DNA of 64,000 nucleotides. Source: Escherichia coli. GTDB taxonomy: Bacteria > Pseudomonadota > Gammaproteobacteria > Enterobacterales > Enterobacteriaceae. Positions 1 through 13,133 of the stretch are shown in pieces (position 1 is the stretch's first letter; each line of letters starts with the position of its first letter). The stretch lies in the NCBI RefSeq assembly GCF_003334305.1, contig NZ_QOWS01000010.1; one strand, 5' to 3'. The translations under genes and the position numbers were made by a program. The notes beneath the pieces were generated by a model. It searched no databases. It saw only the letters and a list, made by a program, of their open reading frames with translations, and had not been told where the DNA came from.

Positions 1-1203
1 CCCACCCGGCACTTTAAATTTCAGCGCCTTAACTTCTTCTGGCGGCAAACGGCGACGGAAGGCAATTTGCGACAGCAGGATCATAATCCACACCCACACC
101 GTGGCGAAGGTTGCCAGCGAAGCGATCACCAGGAAGACGTTTTCCGGCATGATGTAGTTCAGATACACCGCAAACAGCAGCGCGGTAGTCATCACCAGCA
201 CCGTAACCCACGGAATACCGCGACGCGACGTTTTGCTGAAAATTTTCGGTGCGCTGCCCTGCTCTGCCATACCGTGGAGCATACGGCCTACGCCAAATAC
301 GTCACTGTTAATTGCCGACAGCGAAGCGGTCAGCACAACAAAGTTAAGAATGCTGGCGGCAAAGGTAATGCCCATATGCTGGAACGTCAGCACGAACGGG
401 CTACCGGCAGTGCCAACCTGATTCCACGGGTAAATAGACATAATGACGAACAGCGTACCGACGTAGAACACCAGAATACGCATCGGCACGGAGTTAATCG
501 CACGCGGAATCGATTTCTCAGGATCTTTCGCTTCACCGGCGGTAATCCCGATAATTTCGATCCCACCATAAGCAAACATCACCATTTGCAACGACATCAC
601 CATCCCAAGCCAGCCGTTACTGAAGAAGCCGCCGTTGCTCCACAGATTATGAATACCGGTCGGTTGCCCACCGTTGCCAATCCCCCAGATGATGATGCCG
701 AAACCGGCGACAATCATGATGATGATGGTGGCGACTTTAAAGAACGAGAACCAGAATTCCAGCTCACCGAATACCTTCACGCTCATCAGGTTTACGGCGC
801 AAATGATCAGCACCACACTCAGTACCCAAATCCAGTGCGGCACCGTCGGGAACCAGACACCCATATAGATACCAAAAGCGGTCACATCGGCGATGGCGAC
901 AATAAGGATTTCAAAGCAGTAGGTCCAGCCGGTAATGTAACCTGCCAGCGGGCCGAGGTTTTCCTGCGCATAACGCGAGAAAGAGCTGGCGGCCGGGTTA
1001 TGTACCGACATTTCCCCCAGCGCACGCATAATGATATACGCCGCGATACCACCGATAATATAGGCCAACAACACGCTCGGACCGGCCATTTTGATGGCGT
1101 CTGCCGAACCGTAAAACAGCCCGGTGCCAATTGCTGAACCCAGTGCCATAAAGCGTATGTGGCGGGTACTTAGCCCACGCTTTAGCTTGTTCTTACTTTC
1201 CAT
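1..1203 (-). CDS. proY: Proline-specific permease ProY, N-terminal ~400 codons; gene runs off the left edge of the window
   Basis: Minus-strand frame open from ATG at 1201-1203 to position 1; translation starts [26 protein letters not shown] and includes ...[40 protein letters not shown]; absent from ORF track because no stop lies inside the window; the + ORF 67..1137 is its antisense shadow. Confidence 0.85.
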   Translation of the reverse strand, partial: MESKNKLKRGLSTRHIRFMALGSAIGTGLFYGSADAIKMAGPSVLLAYIIGGIAAYIIMRALGEMSVHNPAASSFSRYAQENLGPLAGYITGWTYCFEILIVAIADVTAFGIYMGVWFPTVPHWIWVLSVVLIICAVNLMSVKVFGELEFWFSFFKVATIIIMIVAGFGIIIWGIGNGGQPTGIHNLWSNGGFFSNGWLGMVMSLQMVMFAYGGIEIIGITAGEAKDPEKSIPRAINSVPMRILVFYVGTLFVIMSIYPWNQVGTAGSPFVLTFQHMGITFAASILNFVVLTASLSAINSDVFGVGRMLHGMAEQGSAPKIFSKTSRRGIPWVTVLVMTTALLFAVYLNYIMPENVFLVIASLATFATVWVWIMILLSQIAFRRRLPPEEVKALKFKVPGG

Positions 1204-1278
1204 CAATTCCTAACCCATCAACACAATAAAAAACCACGGGGCATCGCAGCCCCGTGGTTAAAACAAATGTTCAGTGAT

Positions 1279-2598
1279 TTAGTGAGCGCTGGAGGTCACC
1301 TGACGACCTGCCGCGCGATCCCAGATAATGGCCAGAACCACCATCACCACTGTTGGCATTAACCACGCCAGACCTTGTTCGGCCAGCGGTAAACGCTGCG
1401 CCCAGGACGGTAAGATATCGCTGAATGCAGATGCTTTGATCCCGTCGAGAATACCAAAAAGCAGGCTGATAAACATCGGCGGAGCAATCACGCGGGACGA
1501 ATTATGCCACCATGAGCGTGTAAAACTTAATACAACCAGTGCGATACACGGCGGATAAATAGCGGTCAGCACCGGTACGGAGATCTGGATCAGCTGGCTT
1601 AAGCCGAGGTTAGAAACCACCATCGAGAAGCCGCCGAGGATAAACACCAGCGTACGATAAGAGAGCGGTACGTACTGGGCAAAGAATTCTGCACAAGCAC
1701 AGGTCAGGCCAACTGCCGTTACCAGGCAGGCGATGAAGATTAACGCCGCCAGCAGGAAGCTACCGCCGCCGCCAAAGGTGTGCTGAACGTAAGCATGCAG
1801 AATAGCAGCGCCGTTTGCAGACTGATCGACCAGCGACGCGCTGTCTGAACCCAGACGGAACAGCGCCAGGTACAGCAGAGTCAGACCAACACCCGCCATC
1901 AGGCCAGCCCAGACGGTATAACGGGTCAGCAGACGCGCTTCGGTAACGCCACGAGAACGCGCCGCGTTAACAATAACGATACCAAACACCATTGCGCCCA
2001 GCGTATCCATGGTCAGATAGCCGTTAACGAAGCCGTTAGAAAACGCAGCGTTTTGATAAGCCTCAGTCGCCGTGCTGATAGAACCCGCCGGCCAAACAAT
2101 CGCGGCAACAGACAGGATGACCAGCGCGATAATTTTCAGCGGCGCAAGGAAGTTGCCCACGGTATCCAGCAGCTTGCCCGGATAGAGCGAAACCAGAATA
2201 ACGATAGCGAAATAGACCAGGCTGTAGATAAACAGCGGCAGCGCGGAATCACCAGTCAGCGGCGCAATCCCCACTTCAAAGGAAACGGTAGCTGTACGCG
2301 GCGTAGCGAAAAGCGGCCCCACCGCCAGGTAACAAACCGTTGCCAGCAGCACGCCAGCGACTTTACCGATTGGCGTGCTGAGGCTGTCAACACCGCCGCC
2401 AACTTTTGCCAGCGCCACTACCGTTAATACCGGCAGGCCAACGGCAGTAATGAGGAAGCCGAATGCCGCAGTCCAGACGTGTTCGCCTGCCTGCAAGCCG
2501 ACCATTGGAGGGAAAATAATGTTACCTGCGCCGACGAACAACGCAAATGTCATAAAGCCCAGAGCGATGATATCGCGCGATCTTAATTGATGGGTCAT
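1279..2598 (-). CDS. brnQ: Branched-chain amino acid transport system II carrier BrnQ
   Basis: 439-aa ORF, polytopic membrane protein, recognised as BrnQ; position between proY and phoR as in E. coli. Confidence 0.93.
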   Translation of the reverse strand: MTHQLRSRDIIALGFMTFALFVGAGNIIFPPMVGLQAGEHVWTAAFGFLITAVGLPVLTVVALAKVGGGVDSLSTPIGKVAGVLLATVCYLAVGPLFATPRTATVSFEVGIAPLTGDSALPLFIYSLVYFAIVILVSLYPGKLLDTVGNFLAPLKIIALVILSVAAIVWPAGSISTATEAYQNAAFSNGFVNGYLTMDTLGAMVFGIVIVNAARSRGVTEARLLTRYTVWAGLMAGVGLTLLYLALFRLGSDSASLVDQSANGAAILHAYVQHTFGGGGSFLLAALIFIACLVTAVGLTCACAEFFAQYVPLSYRTLVFILGGFSMVVSNLGLSQLIQISVPVLTAIYPPCIALVVLSFTRSWWHNSSRVIAPPMFISLLFGILDGIKASAFSDILPSWAQRLPLAEQGLAWLMPTVVMVVLAIIWDRAAGRQVTSSAH

Positions 2599-2948
2599 AA
2601 ATCATACTGCCTGTGGATGTGGTGTTGTAACGTTAAATTTTTGTGCCAATCCCTGGGGATGATACAGCGGTATATTTAAACAATTTTAGCGGGAAATACT
2701 CCCAACCAGGCGCGGCGAAGAATAGTTTTTCGATTTACCGCGTTAATGCAGTCAGTATGACAGCACCTGAAGCGCAATTTAAACGCTTATAACGTTTTAA
2801 AGCAAGGAGGGATCTAAAAACCAGAGGTATATAGCGATAAGAAATCACCAACCAGTATAAAACACTATTTCCGTGAAAAAGACATGGCTAATCATGCGAA
2901 CAAAAAATCACCAACCGTTGTAAAATCTAACGCCCGTATTTTGACTGC

Positions 2949-2977
2949 AAAGAAAATAAGCCAGCATCGGCTGGCTT
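2949..2977 (-). terminator. Putative intrinsic terminator downstream of phoR
   Basis: Perfect 8-bp stem AAGCCAGC/GCTGGCTT with 4-nt loop at 2958-2977, followed on the minus-strand transcript by a U-rich run (ATTTTCTTT). Confidence 0.55.
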
Positions 2978-3004
2978 ATGGCAATAAAAGATGACAAAGG
3001 CGGA

Positions 3005-4300
3005 TTAATCGCTGTTTTTGGCAATTAAACGTTCCGGGATAACAAAACTGAAACGTGTTCCTTTTCCTACTGTACTCTCAATATTCAGGCGACTTTCGTG
3101 ATGATTCACAGCATGTTTCACGATCGCTAACCCTAATCCGCTACCGCCGGTTTGCCGGGAACGCGCTTTATCAACGCGATAAAAACGCTCGGTCAGGCGC
3201 GGAATATGCTCCGCTGCAATGCCCGGTCCGTTATCTTCAACGCTAAATTCGGCACCGTGCGGCACTCGCTGCCAGCGTACGGTGATATGCGTGCCTTCTG
3301 GAGTATGATTCACGGCGTTATAGACCAGGTTCGAAATCGCACTGCGTAGCTGATCTTCGTTGCCAGACACTTTGAGGCCGTTATCTATCTCAAAGGTAAA
3401 TGTCTGTTTTTTCTGACTCAGAGTCTGAGCCTCACGCTCAACAACGCGCAGCATCATCGGCACATCAACCTTTTCATTGAGCAAATGCGTCGGTGCGGCT
3501 TCTATTTTCGACAGCGTCAGCAACTGCTTCACCAGCCCTTCCATCCGCTGGGTCTGCTCGCGCATGGTGTGCAACGCTTTTTCGCGTACCGCGCCTTCCA
3601 GCGGCTGCTCATCCATCATCTCCAGGTAACCCTGTAACACGGTCAATGGCGTACGTAACTCATGGCTCACGTTGGCAAAAAAGTTACGCCGCGCCCCTTC
3701 CAGTTGATGCATTTGCGTGACATCACGCGCCACCATCAGCAACTGTTTGTGGGTATAAGGCATGACGCGAATTTCCAGATGCCGCCCGGTGTTGAGCACC
3801 AGATTGAGCGGGCGAGAAAAATCACGCGTTTTCAGATATTGCGTAAACTCCGGGTAACGCAGCAGGTTAAGGATGTTCTGCCCGTTATCTTCCGGCCAGC
3901 GCAAACCAAGAATCTGTTGCGCCAGACCGTTACACCAGAAAATACCGCCCTCTTCCGTGGTCAGCACCACTGCGTCGGGCAGCGACTCCGCGCCGCTACG
4001 AAAGCGTTTAATCAGATTGCCCAGTTCACGGCGGCGTTTTTTATTTCGCAGCTGCATCTGGTGTAAGCCGTATAGTAGCGGTTCCCAGCTACCACGCCCC
4101 GGTGGCGGGGTCATACTACGATCCACCCACAGCCACCATGAAAGGCGCAATAAATTCCAGAAATGCCAGATAAGCAGTCCCGTTACCGATGCCAGCAAAA
4201 ACCAGGGCAGGTAACCAAAAAATGCACCCAGGATGAAAGCCGGGAGGCAGCAAAGTAACAGCTCCAGCACCAGCCTTTTCCACGACAGCCGTTCCAGCAC
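3005..4300 (-). CDS. phoR: Phosphate regulon sensor histidine kinase PhoR
   Basis: 431-aa ORF; N-terminal membrane anchor, histidine kinase motifs (HELRTPL), ATPase domain; adjacent to phoB. Confidence 0.95.
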   Translation of the reverse strand: MLERLSWKRLVLELLLCCLPAFILGAFFGYLPWFLLASVTGLLIWHFWNLLRLSWWLWVDRSMTPPPGRGSWEPLLYGLHQMQLRNKKRRRELGNLIKRFRSGAESLPDAVVLTTEEGGIFWCNGLAQQILGLRWPEDNGQNILNLLRYPEFTQYLKTRDFSRPLNLVLNTGRHLEIRVMPYTHKQLLMVARDVTQMHQLEGARRNFFANVSHELRTPLTVLQGYLEMMDEQPLEGAVREKALHTMREQTQRMEGLVKQLLTLSKIEAAPTHLLNEKVDVPMMLRVVEREAQTLSQKKQTFTFEIDNGLKVSGNEDQLRSAISNLVYNAVNHTPEGTHITVRWQRVPHGAEFSVEDNGPGIAAEHIPRLTERFYRVDKARSRQTGGSGLGLAIVKHAVNHHESRLNIESTVGKGTRFSFVIPERLIAKNSD

Positions 4301-4357
4301 GTAAGATACTCCAGTTAAGAAATCATAAGCCCTGCTCTGCGTCCGATGAGCAAGGCG

Positions 4358-5047
4358 TTAAAAGCGGGTTGAAAAACGATATCCTGTACCGCGCACGGTC
4401 TGCACCATGCGGTCATGCCCGCCGGGCTCCAGTGCTTTACGCAGGCGACGAATGTGGACATCGACCGTGCGGTCTTCCACATACACGTTAGTTCCCCAGA
4501 CGTGGTTTAACAGCTGCTCGCGGCTGTACACGCGCTCAGGATGCGTCATAAAAAAGTGCAGCAGTTTAAATTCTGTCGGCCCCATCTCCAGCGGCTCTTC
4601 GCCCGCCATCACCCGGTGAGATGTCGGGTCGAGACTTAATCCCTGCATCTCAATCACCTCTTCCACCGCCATTGGCGAAATACGGCGCATTACCGCTTTG
4701 ATTCGCGCCACCAGCTCCTTCGGCGAAAACGGCTTGGTGATATAGTCATCCGCGCCGGTTTCAAGGCCGCGCACGCGATCTTCTTCTTCCCCTCTGGCGG
4801 TCAACATCACCACTGGAATATCCCGGGTCATCGACTCGCGCTTGAGGTGTTTGATGAACTGGATACCGGAGCCGCCAGGTAACATCCAGTCAAGGAGAAT
4901 TAAATCCGGCCAGGGTTCATTCAGTTGATTCACAGCACTGTCATAATCTTCCGCTTCGACCGGCTGAAAGCCATTTTGTTCGAGCACGAAGCAGACCATT
5001 TCGCGAATTGGAGCTTCATCTTCTACGACCAGAATACGTCTCGCCAT
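4358..5047 (-). CDS. phoB: Phosphate regulon response regulator PhoB
   Basis: 229-aa ORF, receiver domain plus OmpR-type winged helix; recognised as PhoB. Confidence 0.96.
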
Positions 5048-5083
5048 GATTTGCCCTGTTGTAATAAATAGGTTGCGATCATT

Positions 5084-5127
5084 AATGCGACGTCATTATG
5101 CGTCAGATTTATGACAGATTTATGAAA
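5084..5127 (-). promoter_or_regulatory. Pho boxes of the phoBR promoter
   Basis: Minus-strand reading gives TTTTCATAAAT CTGTCATAAAT CTGACGCATAA TGACGTCGCAT, tandem 11-bp PhoB direct repeats (CTGTCAT-type) upstream of phoB. Confidence 0.75.
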
Positions 5128-5236
5128 AGCTCGTCGCACATATCTTCAGGTTATTGATTTCCGTGGCGCAGAAAAAAGCAAATGGCACATCTGTTTGGGT
5201 ATAATCGCGCCCATGCTTTTTCGCCAGGGAATCGTT

Positions 5237-6439
5237 ATGCGCATCCTTCACACCTCAGACTGGCATCTCGGCCAGAACTTCTACAGTAAAAGCCGCGAAG
5301 CTGAACATCAGGCTTTTCTTGACTGGCTGCTGGAAACAGCACAAACCCATCAGGTGGATGCGATTATTGTTGCTGGTGATGTTTTCGATACCGGCTCGCC
5401 GCCCAGTTACGCCCGCACGTTATACAACCGTTTTGTTGTCAATTTACAGCAAACTGGCTGTCATCTGGTGGTACTGGCAGGAAACCATGACTCGGTCGCC
5501 ACGCTGAATGAATCGCGCGATATCATGGCGTTCCTCAATACGACCGTGGTCGCCAGCGCCGGACATGCGCCGCAAATCTTGCCTCGTCGCGACGGGACGC
5601 CAGGCGCAGTGCTGTGCCCCATTCCGTTTTTACGTCCGCGTGACATTATTACCAGCCAGGCGGGGCTTAACGGTATTGAAAAACAGCAGCATTTACTGGC
5701 AGCGATTACCGATTATTACCAACAACAATATGCCGATGCCTGCAAACTGCGCGGCGATCAGCCTCTGCCCATCATCGCCACGGGACACTTAACGACCGTG
5801 GGTGCCAGTAAAAGTGACGCCGTGCGTGACATTTATATTGGCACGCTGGACGCGTTTCCAGCACAAAACTTTCCACCAGCCGACTACATCGCGCTCGGGC
5901 ATATTCACCGCGCACAGATTATTGGCGGCATGGAACATGTTCGCTATTGCGGCTCTCCCATTCCACTGAGTTTTGATGAATGCGGAAAGAGTAAATATGT
6001 CCATCTGGTGACATTTTCAAACGGCAAATTAGAGAGCGTGGAAAACCTGAACGTACCGGTAACGCAACCCATGGCGGTGCTGAAAGGCGATCTGGCGTCG
6101 ATTACCGCACAGCTGGAACAGTGGCGCGATGTATCACAGGAGCCGCCTGTCTGGCTGGATATCGAAATCACTACTGATGAGTATCTGCATGATATTCAGC
6201 GCAAAATCCAGGCATTAACCGAATCATTGCCTGTTGAAGTATTGCTGGTACGCCGGAGTCGTGAACAGCGCGAGCGTGTGTTAGCCAGCCAACAGCGTGA
6301 AACCCTCAGCGAACTCAGCGTCGAAGAGGTGTTCAATCGCCGTCTGGCACTGGAAGAACTGGATGAATCGCAGCAGCAACGTCTGCAGCATCTTTTCACC
6401 ACGACGTTGCATACCCTCGCCGGAGAACACGAAGCATGA
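5237..6439 (+). CDS. sbcD: Nuclease SbcCD subunit D (Mre11-like)
   Basis: 400 codons from ATG 5237 ([12 protein letters not shown]..., calcineurin-like phosphoesterase motifs); upstream in-frame extension of track ORF 5195 judged non-coding. Confidence 0.9.
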   Translation: MRILHTSDWHLGQNFYSKSREAEHQAFLDWLLETAQTHQVDAIIVAGDVFDTGSPPSYARTLYNRFVVNLQQTGCHLVVLAGNHDSVATLNESRDIMAFLNTTVVASAGHAPQILPRRDGTPGAVLCPIPFLRPRDIITSQAGLNGIEKQQHLLAAITDYYQQQYADACKLRGDQPLPIIATGHLTTVGASKSDAVRDIYIGTLDAFPAQNFPPADYIALGHIHRAQIIGGMEHVRYCGSPIPLSFDECGKSKYVHLVTFSNGKLESVENLNVPVTQPMAVLKGDLASITAQLEQWRDVSQEPPVWLDIEITTDEYLHDIQRKIQALTESLPVEVLLVRRSREQRERVLASQQRETLSELSVEEVFNRRLALEELDESQQQRLQHLFTTTLHTLAGEHEA

Positions 6440-9400
6440 AAATTCTCAGCCTGCGCCTGAAAAACCTGAACTCATTAAAAGGCGAATGGAAGATTGATTT
6501 CACCCGCGAGCCGTTCGCCAGCAACGGGCTGTTTGCTATTACCGGCCCAACAGGTGCGGGGAAAACCACCCTGCTGGACGCCATTTGTCTGGCGCTGTAT
6601 CACGAAACTCCGCGTCTCTCTAACGTTTCACAATCGCAAAATGATCTCATGACCCGCGATACCGCCGAATGTCTGGCGGAGGTGGAGTTTGAAGTGAAAG
6701 GTGAAGCGTACCGTGCATTCTGGAGCCAGAATCGGGCGCGTAACCAACCCGACGGTAATTTGCAGGTGCCACGCGTAGAGCTGGCGCGCTGCGCCGACGG
6801 CAAAATTCTCGCCGACAAAGTGAAAGATAAGCTGGAACTGACAGCGACGTTAACCGGGCTGGATTACGGGCGCTTCACCCGTTCGATGCTGCTTTCGCAG
6901 GGGCAATTTGCTGCCTTCCTGAATGCCAAACCCAAAGAACGCGCGGAATTGCTCGAGGAGTTAACCGGCACTGAAATCTACGGGCAAATCTCGGCGATGG
7001 TTTTTGAGCAGCACAAATCGGCCCGCACAGAGCTGGAGAAGCTGCAAGCGCAGGCCAGCGGCGTCGCGTTGCTCACGCCGGAACAAGTGCAATCGCTGAC
7101 AGCGAGTTTGCAGGTACTTACTGACGAAGAAAAACAGTTACTTACCGCGCAGCAGCAAGAACAACAATCACTAAACTGGTTAACGCGTCTGGACGAATTG
7201 CAGCAAGAAGCCAGCCGCCGTCAGCAGGCCTTGCAACAGGCGTTAGCCGAAGAAGAAAAAGCGCAACCTCAACTGGCGGCGCTCAGTCTGGCACAACCGG
7301 CACGAAATCTTCGTCCGCACTGGGAACGCATCGCAGAACACAGCGCGGCGCTGGCGCATACTCGCCAGCAGATTGAAGAAGTAAATACTCGCTTACAGAG
7401 CACAATGGCGCTTCGCGCGAGCATTCGCCACCACGCGGCGAATCAGTCAGCAGAATTACAGCAGCAGCAACAAAGCCTGAATACCTGGTTACAGGAACAC
7501 GACCGCTTCCGTCAGTGGAACAACGAACTGGCGGGTTGGCGTGCGCAGTTCTCCCAACAAACCAGCGATCGCGAGCATCTGCGGCAATGGCAGCAACAGT
7601 TAACCCATGCTGAGCAAAAACTTAATACGCTTGCGGCGATCACGTTGACGTTAACCGCCGATGAAGTTGCTAGCGCCCTGGCGCAACATGCCGAGCAACG
7701 CCCACTGCGTCAGCGCCTGGTCGCGCTGCATGGGCAGATTGTTCCCCAACAAAAACGTCTGGCGCAGTTAATGGTCACTATCCAGAATGTCACTCTGGAA
7801 CAGACGCAACGTAATGTCGCACTTAACGAAATGCGCCAGCGTTATAAAGAAAAGACGCAGCAACTTGCCGATGTGAAAACCATTTGCGAGCAGGAAGCGC
7901 GCATCAAAACGCTGGAAGCCCAGCGTGCACAGTTACAGGCGGGTCAGCCTTGTCCACTTTGTGGTTCCACCAGCCATCCGGCGGTCGAGGCGTATCAGGC
8001 GCTGGAGCCTGGCGTTAATCAGTCTCGATTACTGGCGCTGGAAAACGAAGTTAAAAAGCTCGGCGAAGAAGGTGCGGCGCTGCGCGGGCAACTGGATGCA
8101 TTAACGAAGCAGCTTCAGCGCGATGAAAACGAAGCGCAAAGCCTCCGACAAGATGAGCAAGCACTTACTCAACAATGGCAAGCCGTCACGGCCAGCCTCA
8201 ATATCACCTTGCAGCCACAGGACGATATTCAACCGTGGCTGGATGCACAAGATAAGCACGAACGCCAGCTGCGGTTACTCAGCCAACGACATGAATTACA
8301 AGGGCAGATTGCCGCGCATAATCAGCAAATTATCCAGTATCAACAGCAAATTGAACAACGCCAGCAGCAGCTCTTAACGGCATTGGCGGGTTATGCACTG
8401 ACATTGCCACAGGAAGATGAAGAAGAGAGCTGGTTGGCGACACGTCAGCAAGAAGCGCAGAGCTGGCAGCAACGCCAGAACGAATTAACCGCGCTGCAAA
8501 ACCGTATTCAGCAGCTGACGCCGATTCTGGAAACGTTGCCGCAAAGTGATGATCTCCCGCACAGCGAAGAAACTGTGGCGCTGGATAACTGGCGGCAGGT
8601 TCATGAACAATGTCTCGCATTACACAGCCAGCAGCAGACGTTACAGCAACAGGATGTTCTGGCGGCGCAAAGTCTGCAAAAAGCCCAGGCGCAGTTTGAC
8701 ACCGCGCTACAGGCCAGCGTCTTTGACGATCAGCAGGCGTTCCTTGCGGCGCTAATGGATGAACAAACACTAACGCAGCTGGAACAGCTCAAGCAGAATC
8801 TGGAAAACCAGCGCCGTCAGGCGCAAACGCTGGTCACTCAGACAGCAGAAACGCTGGCACAGCATCAACAACACCGACCTGACGGGTTGGCTCTCACTGT
8901 GACGGTGGAGCAGATTCAGCAAGAGTTAGCGCAAACTCACCAAAAGTTGCGTGAAAACACCACGAGTCAAGGCGAGATTCGCCAGCAGCTGAAGCAGGAT
9001 GCAGATAACCGTCAGCAACAACAAACCTTAATGCAGCAAATTGCTCAAATGACGCAGCAGGTTGAGGACTGGGGATATCTGAATTCGCTAATAGGTTCCA
9101 AAGAGGGCGATAAATTCCGCAAGTTTGCCCAGGGGCTGACGCTGGATAATTTAGTCCATCTCGCTAATCAGCAACTTACCCGGCTGCACGGGCGCTATCT
9201 GTTACAGCGCAAAGCCAGCGAGGCGCTGGAAGTCGAGGTTGTTGATACCTGGCAGGCAGATGCGGTACGCGATACCCGTACCCTTTCCGGCGGCGAAAGT
9301 TTCCTCGTTAGTCTGGCGCTGGCGCTGGCGCTTTCGGATCTGGTCAGCCATAAAACACGTATTGACTCGCTGTTCCTTGATGAAGGTTTTGGCACGCTGG

Positions 9401-9579
9401 ATAGCGAAACGCTGGATACCGCCCTTGATGCGCTGGATGCCCTGAACGCCAGTGGCAAAACCATCGGTGTGATTAGCCACGTAGAAGCGATGAAAGAGCG
9501 TATTCCGGTGCAGATCAAAGTGAAAAAGATCAACGGCCTGGGCTACAGCAAACTGGAAAGTACGTTTGCAGTGAAATAA
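6436..9579 (+). CDS. sbcC: Nuclease SbcCD subunit C (Rad50-like SMC ATPase)
   Basis: 1047-aa ORF; Walker A (GPTGAGKTT), long Q-rich coiled coil, CxxC zinc hook (CPLCGS), C-terminal signature motif; start overlaps sbcD stop (ATGA). Confidence 0.94.
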   Translation: MKILSLRLKNLNSLKGEWKIDFTREPFASNGLFAITGPTGAGKTTLLDAICLALYHETPRLSNVSQSQNDLMTRDTAECLAEVEFEVKGEAYRAFWSQNRARNQPDGNLQVPRVELARCADGKILADKVKDKLELTATLTGLDYGRFTRSMLLSQGQFAAFLNAKPKERAELLEELTGTEIYGQISAMVFEQHKSARTELEKLQAQASGVALLTPEQVQSLTASLQVLTDEEKQLLTAQQQEQQSLNWLTRLDELQQEASRRQQALQQALAEEEKAQPQLAALSLAQPARNLRPHWERIAEHSAALAHTRQQIEEVNTRLQSTMALRASIRHHAANQSAELQQQQQSLNTWLQEHDRFRQWNNELAGWRAQFSQQTSDREHLRQWQQQLTHAEQKLNTLAAITLTLTADEVASALAQHAEQRPLRQRLVALHGQIVPQQKRLAQLMVTIQNVTLEQTQRNVALNEMRQRYKEKTQQLADVKTICEQEARIKTLEAQRAQLQAGQPCPLCGSTSHPAVEAYQALEPGVNQSRLLALENEVKKLGEEGAALRGQLDALTKQLQRDENEAQSLRQDEQALTQQWQAVTASLNITLQPQDDIQPWLDAQDKHERQLRLLSQRHELQGQIAAHNQQIIQYQQQIEQRQQQLLTALAGYALTLPQEDEEESWLATRQQEAQSWQQRQNELTALQNRIQQLTPILETLPQSDDLPHSEETVALDNWRQVHEQCLALHSQQQTLQQQDVLAAQSLQKAQAQFDTALQASVFDDQQAFLAALMDEQTLTQLEQLKQNLENQRRQAQTLVTQTAETLAQHQQHRPDGLALTVTVEQIQQELAQTHQKLRENTTSQGEIRQQLKQDADNRQQQQTLMQQIAQMTQQVEDWGYLNSLIGSKEGDKFRKFAQGLTLDNLVHLANQQLTRLHGRYLLQRKASEALEVEVVDTWQADAVRDTRTLSGGESFLVSLALALALSDLVSHKTRIDSLFLDEGFGTLDSETLDTALDALDALNASGKTIGVISHVEAMKERIPVQIKVKKINGLGYSKLESTFAVK

Positions 9580-9704
9580 CTATTCAGCAGGATAATGAAT
9601 ACAGAGGGGCGAATTATCTCTTGGCCTTGCTGGTCGTTATCCTGCAAGCTATCACTTTATTGGCTACGGTGATTGGTAGCCGTTCTGGTGGTTGTGATGG
9701 TGGT

Positions 9705-10889
9705 ATGAAAAAAGTCATTTTATCTTTGGCTCTGGGCACGTTTGGTTTGGGGATGGCCGAATTTGGCATTATGGGCGTGCTCACGGAGCTGGCGCATAAC
9801 GTAGGAATTTCGATTCCTGCTGCCGGGCATATGATCTCGTATTATGCACTGGGGGTGGTGGTCGGTGCGCCAATCATCGCACTCTTTTCCAGCCGCTACT
9901 CACTCAAACATATCTTGTTGTTTCTGGTGGCGTTGTGCGTCATTGGCAACGCCATGTTCACGCTCTCTTCGTCTTACCTGATGCTCGCCATTGGTCGGCT
10001 GGTATCCGGCTTTCCGCATGGCGCATTTTTTGGCGTCGGAGCGATCGTGTTATCAAAAATTATCAAACCCGGAAAAGTCACCGCCGCCGTGGCGGGGATG
10101 GTTTCCGGGATGACAGTCGCCAATTTGCTGGGCATTCCGCTGGGAACGTATTTAAGTCAGGAATTTAGCTGGCGTTACACCTTTTTATTGATCGCTGTTT
10201 TTAATATTGCGGTGATGGCATCGGTCTATTTTTGGGTGCCGGATATTCGCGACGAGGCGAAAGGAAAGCTGCGCGAACAATTTCACTTTTTGCGCAGCCC
10301 GGCCCCGTGGTTAATTTTCGCCGCCACCATGTTTGGCAACGCAGGTGTGTTTGCCTGGTTCAGCTACGTAAAGCCATACATGATGTTTATTTCCGGTTTT
10401 TCGGAAACGGCGATGACCTTTATTATGATGTTAGTTGGGCTAGGGATGGTGCTGGGAAATATGCTAAGTGGCAGGATTTCAGGACGTTATTCACCACTGC
10501 GCATTGCAGCAGTGACTGACTTTATAATTGTACTGGCACTGCTGATGCTCTTTTTCTGCGGCGGCATGAAAACAACGTCGCTTATTTTTGCTTTTATTTG
10601 TTGCGCGGGATTATTTGCCCTTTCAGCACCGCTACAAATATTGTTACTACAAAACGCCAAAGGCGGAGAGTTATTAGGTGCCGCAGGTGGGCAAATAGCG
10701 TTTAACCTCGGTAGCGCCGTCGGCGCATATTGCGGTGGTATGATGCTGACGCTGGGGCTGGCATATAATTACGTGGCGCTGCCTGCCGCCCTGCTTTCGT
10801 TTGCTGCGATGTCGTCGTTGCTGCTGTATGGTCGCTATAAGCGCCAGCAAGCGGCGGATAGTCCGGTGCTGGCGAAACCACTGGGGTAG
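9705..10889 (+). CDS. araJ: MFS transporter AraJ
   Basis: 394 codons from ATG 9705 (MKKVILSLALGTFGLGMAEFGIMGV...); 12-TM MFS-like hydrophobicity. Confidence 0.85.
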   Translation: MKKVILSLALGTFGLGMAEFGIMGVLTELAHNVGISIPAAGHMISYYALGVVVGAPIIALFSSRYSLKHILLFLVALCVIGNAMFTLSSSYLMLAIGRLVSGFPHGAFFGVGAIVLSKIIKPGKVTAAVAGMVSGMTVANLLGIPLGTYLSQEFSWRYTFLLIAVFNIAVMASVYFWVPDIRDEAKGKLREQFHFLRSPAPWLIFAATMFGNAGVFAWFSYVKPYMMFISGFSETAMTFIMMLVGLGMVLGNMLSGRISGRYSPLRIAAVTDFIIVLALLMLFFCGGMKTTSLIFAFICCAGLFALSAPLQILLLQNAKGGELLGAAGGQIAFNLGSAVGAYCGGMMLTLGLAYNYVALPAALLSFAAMSSLLLYGRYKRQQAADSPVLAKPLG

Positions 10890-10915
10890 GTTATAGTCTC
10901 GGTGCTCATTACTTA

Positions 10916-11007
10916 TTGCCGGATGCGGCGTGAACGCCTTATCCGCCCTACGCGGTTCTGGCACATTTTGCAGGCCTGATAAGACGCGGCAAGCGTCGCA
11001 TCAGGCA
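10916..11007. repeat. BIME: two REP units in inverted orientation
   Basis: TTGCCGGATGCGGCGTGAACGCCTTATCCGCCCTA and AGGCCTGATAAGACGCGGCAAGCGTCGCATCAGGCA in the araJ-mak intergenic region. Confidence 0.8.
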
Positions 11008-11031
11008 TGATGCGCCAATTGCCTACGTTTT

Positions 11032-11940
11032 TTACTCTTGTGGCCATAACCACGCAGCGCCGCGTACGCCGCTGGAATCACCGTGCTTCGCCTTACGCAC
11101 CGGCGTTTCACATTCGCCGCCGAAGACAAATTGTTTAATCAACTGCCCAACCGTTTGATATAAACGGTCTACATTGCTCATCCCGCCCCCCAGGACAATC
11201 ACATCCGGATCGAGAATATTCACGACATGTGCCAGCGATTTTGCCAGCCGCAGCTCGTAGCGACGCAATGCCAGTTCCGCTACCGGATCGCTTTCTTCAA
11301 CCAGGCGGATAATTTCACTGCCTTTCAGCGCATGTCCGCTCAAACGACGATAATCCGTCGCGAATCCCGTGCCCGAAATAAAGGTTTCAATACAACCTTG
11401 TTTACCGCAATAACAAGGGACTTCCTCGCGATAACGCAGTTCGTCTTCGTCCATCCACGGTAGCGGATTGTGTCCCCACTCACCTGCCGTGCCATTGCCG
11501 CCGATATGCGCCCGCCCATTGAATGCCACGCCCGCGCCGCATCCCGTGCCGATAATCACGGCAAATACTGTCTGCGCTCCCGCTGCCGCGCCATCTACTG
11601 CTTCTGAAACCGCCAGACAGTTGGCGTCATTTGCCAGCCGCACTTCCCGCTGCAACCTCGCGCTTAAGTCTTTATCGAATGGCTGACCGTTGAGCCAGGT
11701 TGAATTGGCATTCTTCACCACACCGGTGTAAGGCGAAATTGAGCCAGGAATGCCCATACCTACCGTTCCGCGCTGCCCTGTCGCCTGCTCCGCCATATCA
11801 ACCAACGTGGCGATCGTTTCAATAGTTTGCCGGTAATCATCACGCGGCGTGGGCAGACGATGGCGGTACAACTGCTCCCCTGCATCGCCCAGTGCAATCA
11901 CTTCAGTTTTGGTGCCGCCTAAATCGATACCTATACGCAC
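11032..11940 (-). CDS. mak: Fructokinase / manno(fructo)kinase Mak (ROK family)
   Basis: 302 codons from GTG at 11938-11940 ([14 protein letters not shown]...), ROK-family motifs; track ORF extends further upstream but canonical N-terminus begins at this GTG. Confidence 0.85.
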   Translation of the reverse strand: MRIGIDLGGTKTEVIALGDAGEQLYRHRLPTPRDDYRQTIETIATLVDMAEQATGQRGTVGMGIPGSISPYTGVVKNANSTWLNGQPFDKDLSARLQREVRLANDANCLAVSEAVDGAAAGAQTVFAVIIGTGCGAGVAFNGRAHIGGNGTAGEWGHNPLPWMDEDELRYREEVPCYCGKQGCIETFISGTGFATDYRRLSGHALKGSEIIRLVEESDPVAELALRRYELRLAKSLAHVVNILDPDVIVLGGGMSNVDRLYQTVGQLIKQFVFGGECETPVRKAKHGDSSGVRGAAWLWPQE

Positions 11941-12064
11941 GGTACTCTCCTTATTTTTTTCAATATCAATAGCGTAGAGACGGACAACCGGATTGGCAAT
12001 GCAAGGCCGCCGACAATTCGTTATCATGCCCGCTAAATTTAACGACAAGGCCGTGGAAATTATC

Positions 12065-12976
12065 ATGCTGTGGTTCAAAAATTTAATGGTTTACCGTCTT
12101 AGCCGCGAGATTTCGCTGCGTGCAGAAGAGATGGAAAAACAGCTAGCCTCGATGGCATTTACCCCATGCGGCAGCCAGGACATGGCGAAGATGGGCTGGG
12201 TTCCTCCGATGGGATCGCACAGCGATGCGTTAACGCACGTTGCCAATGGTCAAATTGTTATCTGCGCACGCAAAGAAGAAAAAATCCTCCCGTCTCCGGT
12301 GATTAAACAGGCGCTGGAAGCGAAAATCGCCAAACTGGAAGCGGAACAGGCGCGTAAGCTGAAGAAAACCGAAAAAGATTCGCTGAAAGACGAAGTGCTG
12401 CACTCTCTGCTGCCGCGAGCTTTCAGCCGTTTTAGCCAGACAATGATGTGGATCGACACGGTTAATGGTTTGATTATGGTGGACTGCGCCAGCGCCAAAA
12501 AAGCGGAAGATACGCTGGCATTACTGCGTAAAAGCCTGGGGTCGTTACCTGTTGTACCATTGAGCATGGAAAACCCGATTGAACTGACGCTAACCGAATG
12601 GGTTCGCTCCGGTAGCGCAGCACAGGGCTTCCAGTTGCTTGATGAAGCCGAGCTGAAATCGTTGCTGGAAGATGGCGGCGTGATCCGCGCGAAGAAACAA
12701 GATCTGACCAGCGAAGAGATCACCAATCACATCGAAGCCGGAAAAGTGGTGACTAAACTGGCGCTCGACTGGCAGCAGCGCATTCAGTTTGTGATGTGCG
12801 ACGATGGTTCGCTCAAGCGTCTGAAGTTCTGCGACGAGCTGCGCGATCAAAACGAAGATATCGACCGTGAAGATTTCGCCCAGCGTTTTGATGCCGATTT
12901 CATCCTGATGACTGGTGAACTGGCAGCGTTAATTCAAAACCTGATTGAAGGATTAGGTGGCGAAGCACAACGTTAA
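12065..12976 (+). CDS. rdgC: Recombination-associated protein RdgC
   Basis: 303 codons from ATG 12065 ([18 protein letters not shown]...). Confidence 0.9.
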
Positions 12977-12994
12977 TTGCTGATTTTCCTTTAA

Positions 12995-13033
12995 TGCCGG
13001 ATGCGACGCCTGCCGCGTCTTATCCGGCGTACG
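12995..13033. repeat. REP element downstream of rdgC
   Basis: TGCCGGATGCGACGCCTGCCGCGTCTTATCCGGCGTACG palindromic unit. Confidence 0.75.
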
Positions 13034-13133
13034 ATGCCACACCAGGCATATAATTATTCGCTACGGCGGGCAATAATTTTTAGCGCAGCAATATTATGCG
13101 TTTTATGCTGTAACTTGCTCCATGGACGTTGTG

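Noticed and set aside
67-1137. 356-aa + strand ORF
   Set aside because: Antisense shadow of proY; its translation is an Arg/His/Gln-rich low-complexity string, while the minus strand encodes a recognisable amino-acid permease.
8330-8770. 146-aa minus-strand ORF inside sbcC
   Set aside because: Antisense to the sbcC coiled-coil region, which is repetitive and Gln/Ala-rich, producing spurious open frames.
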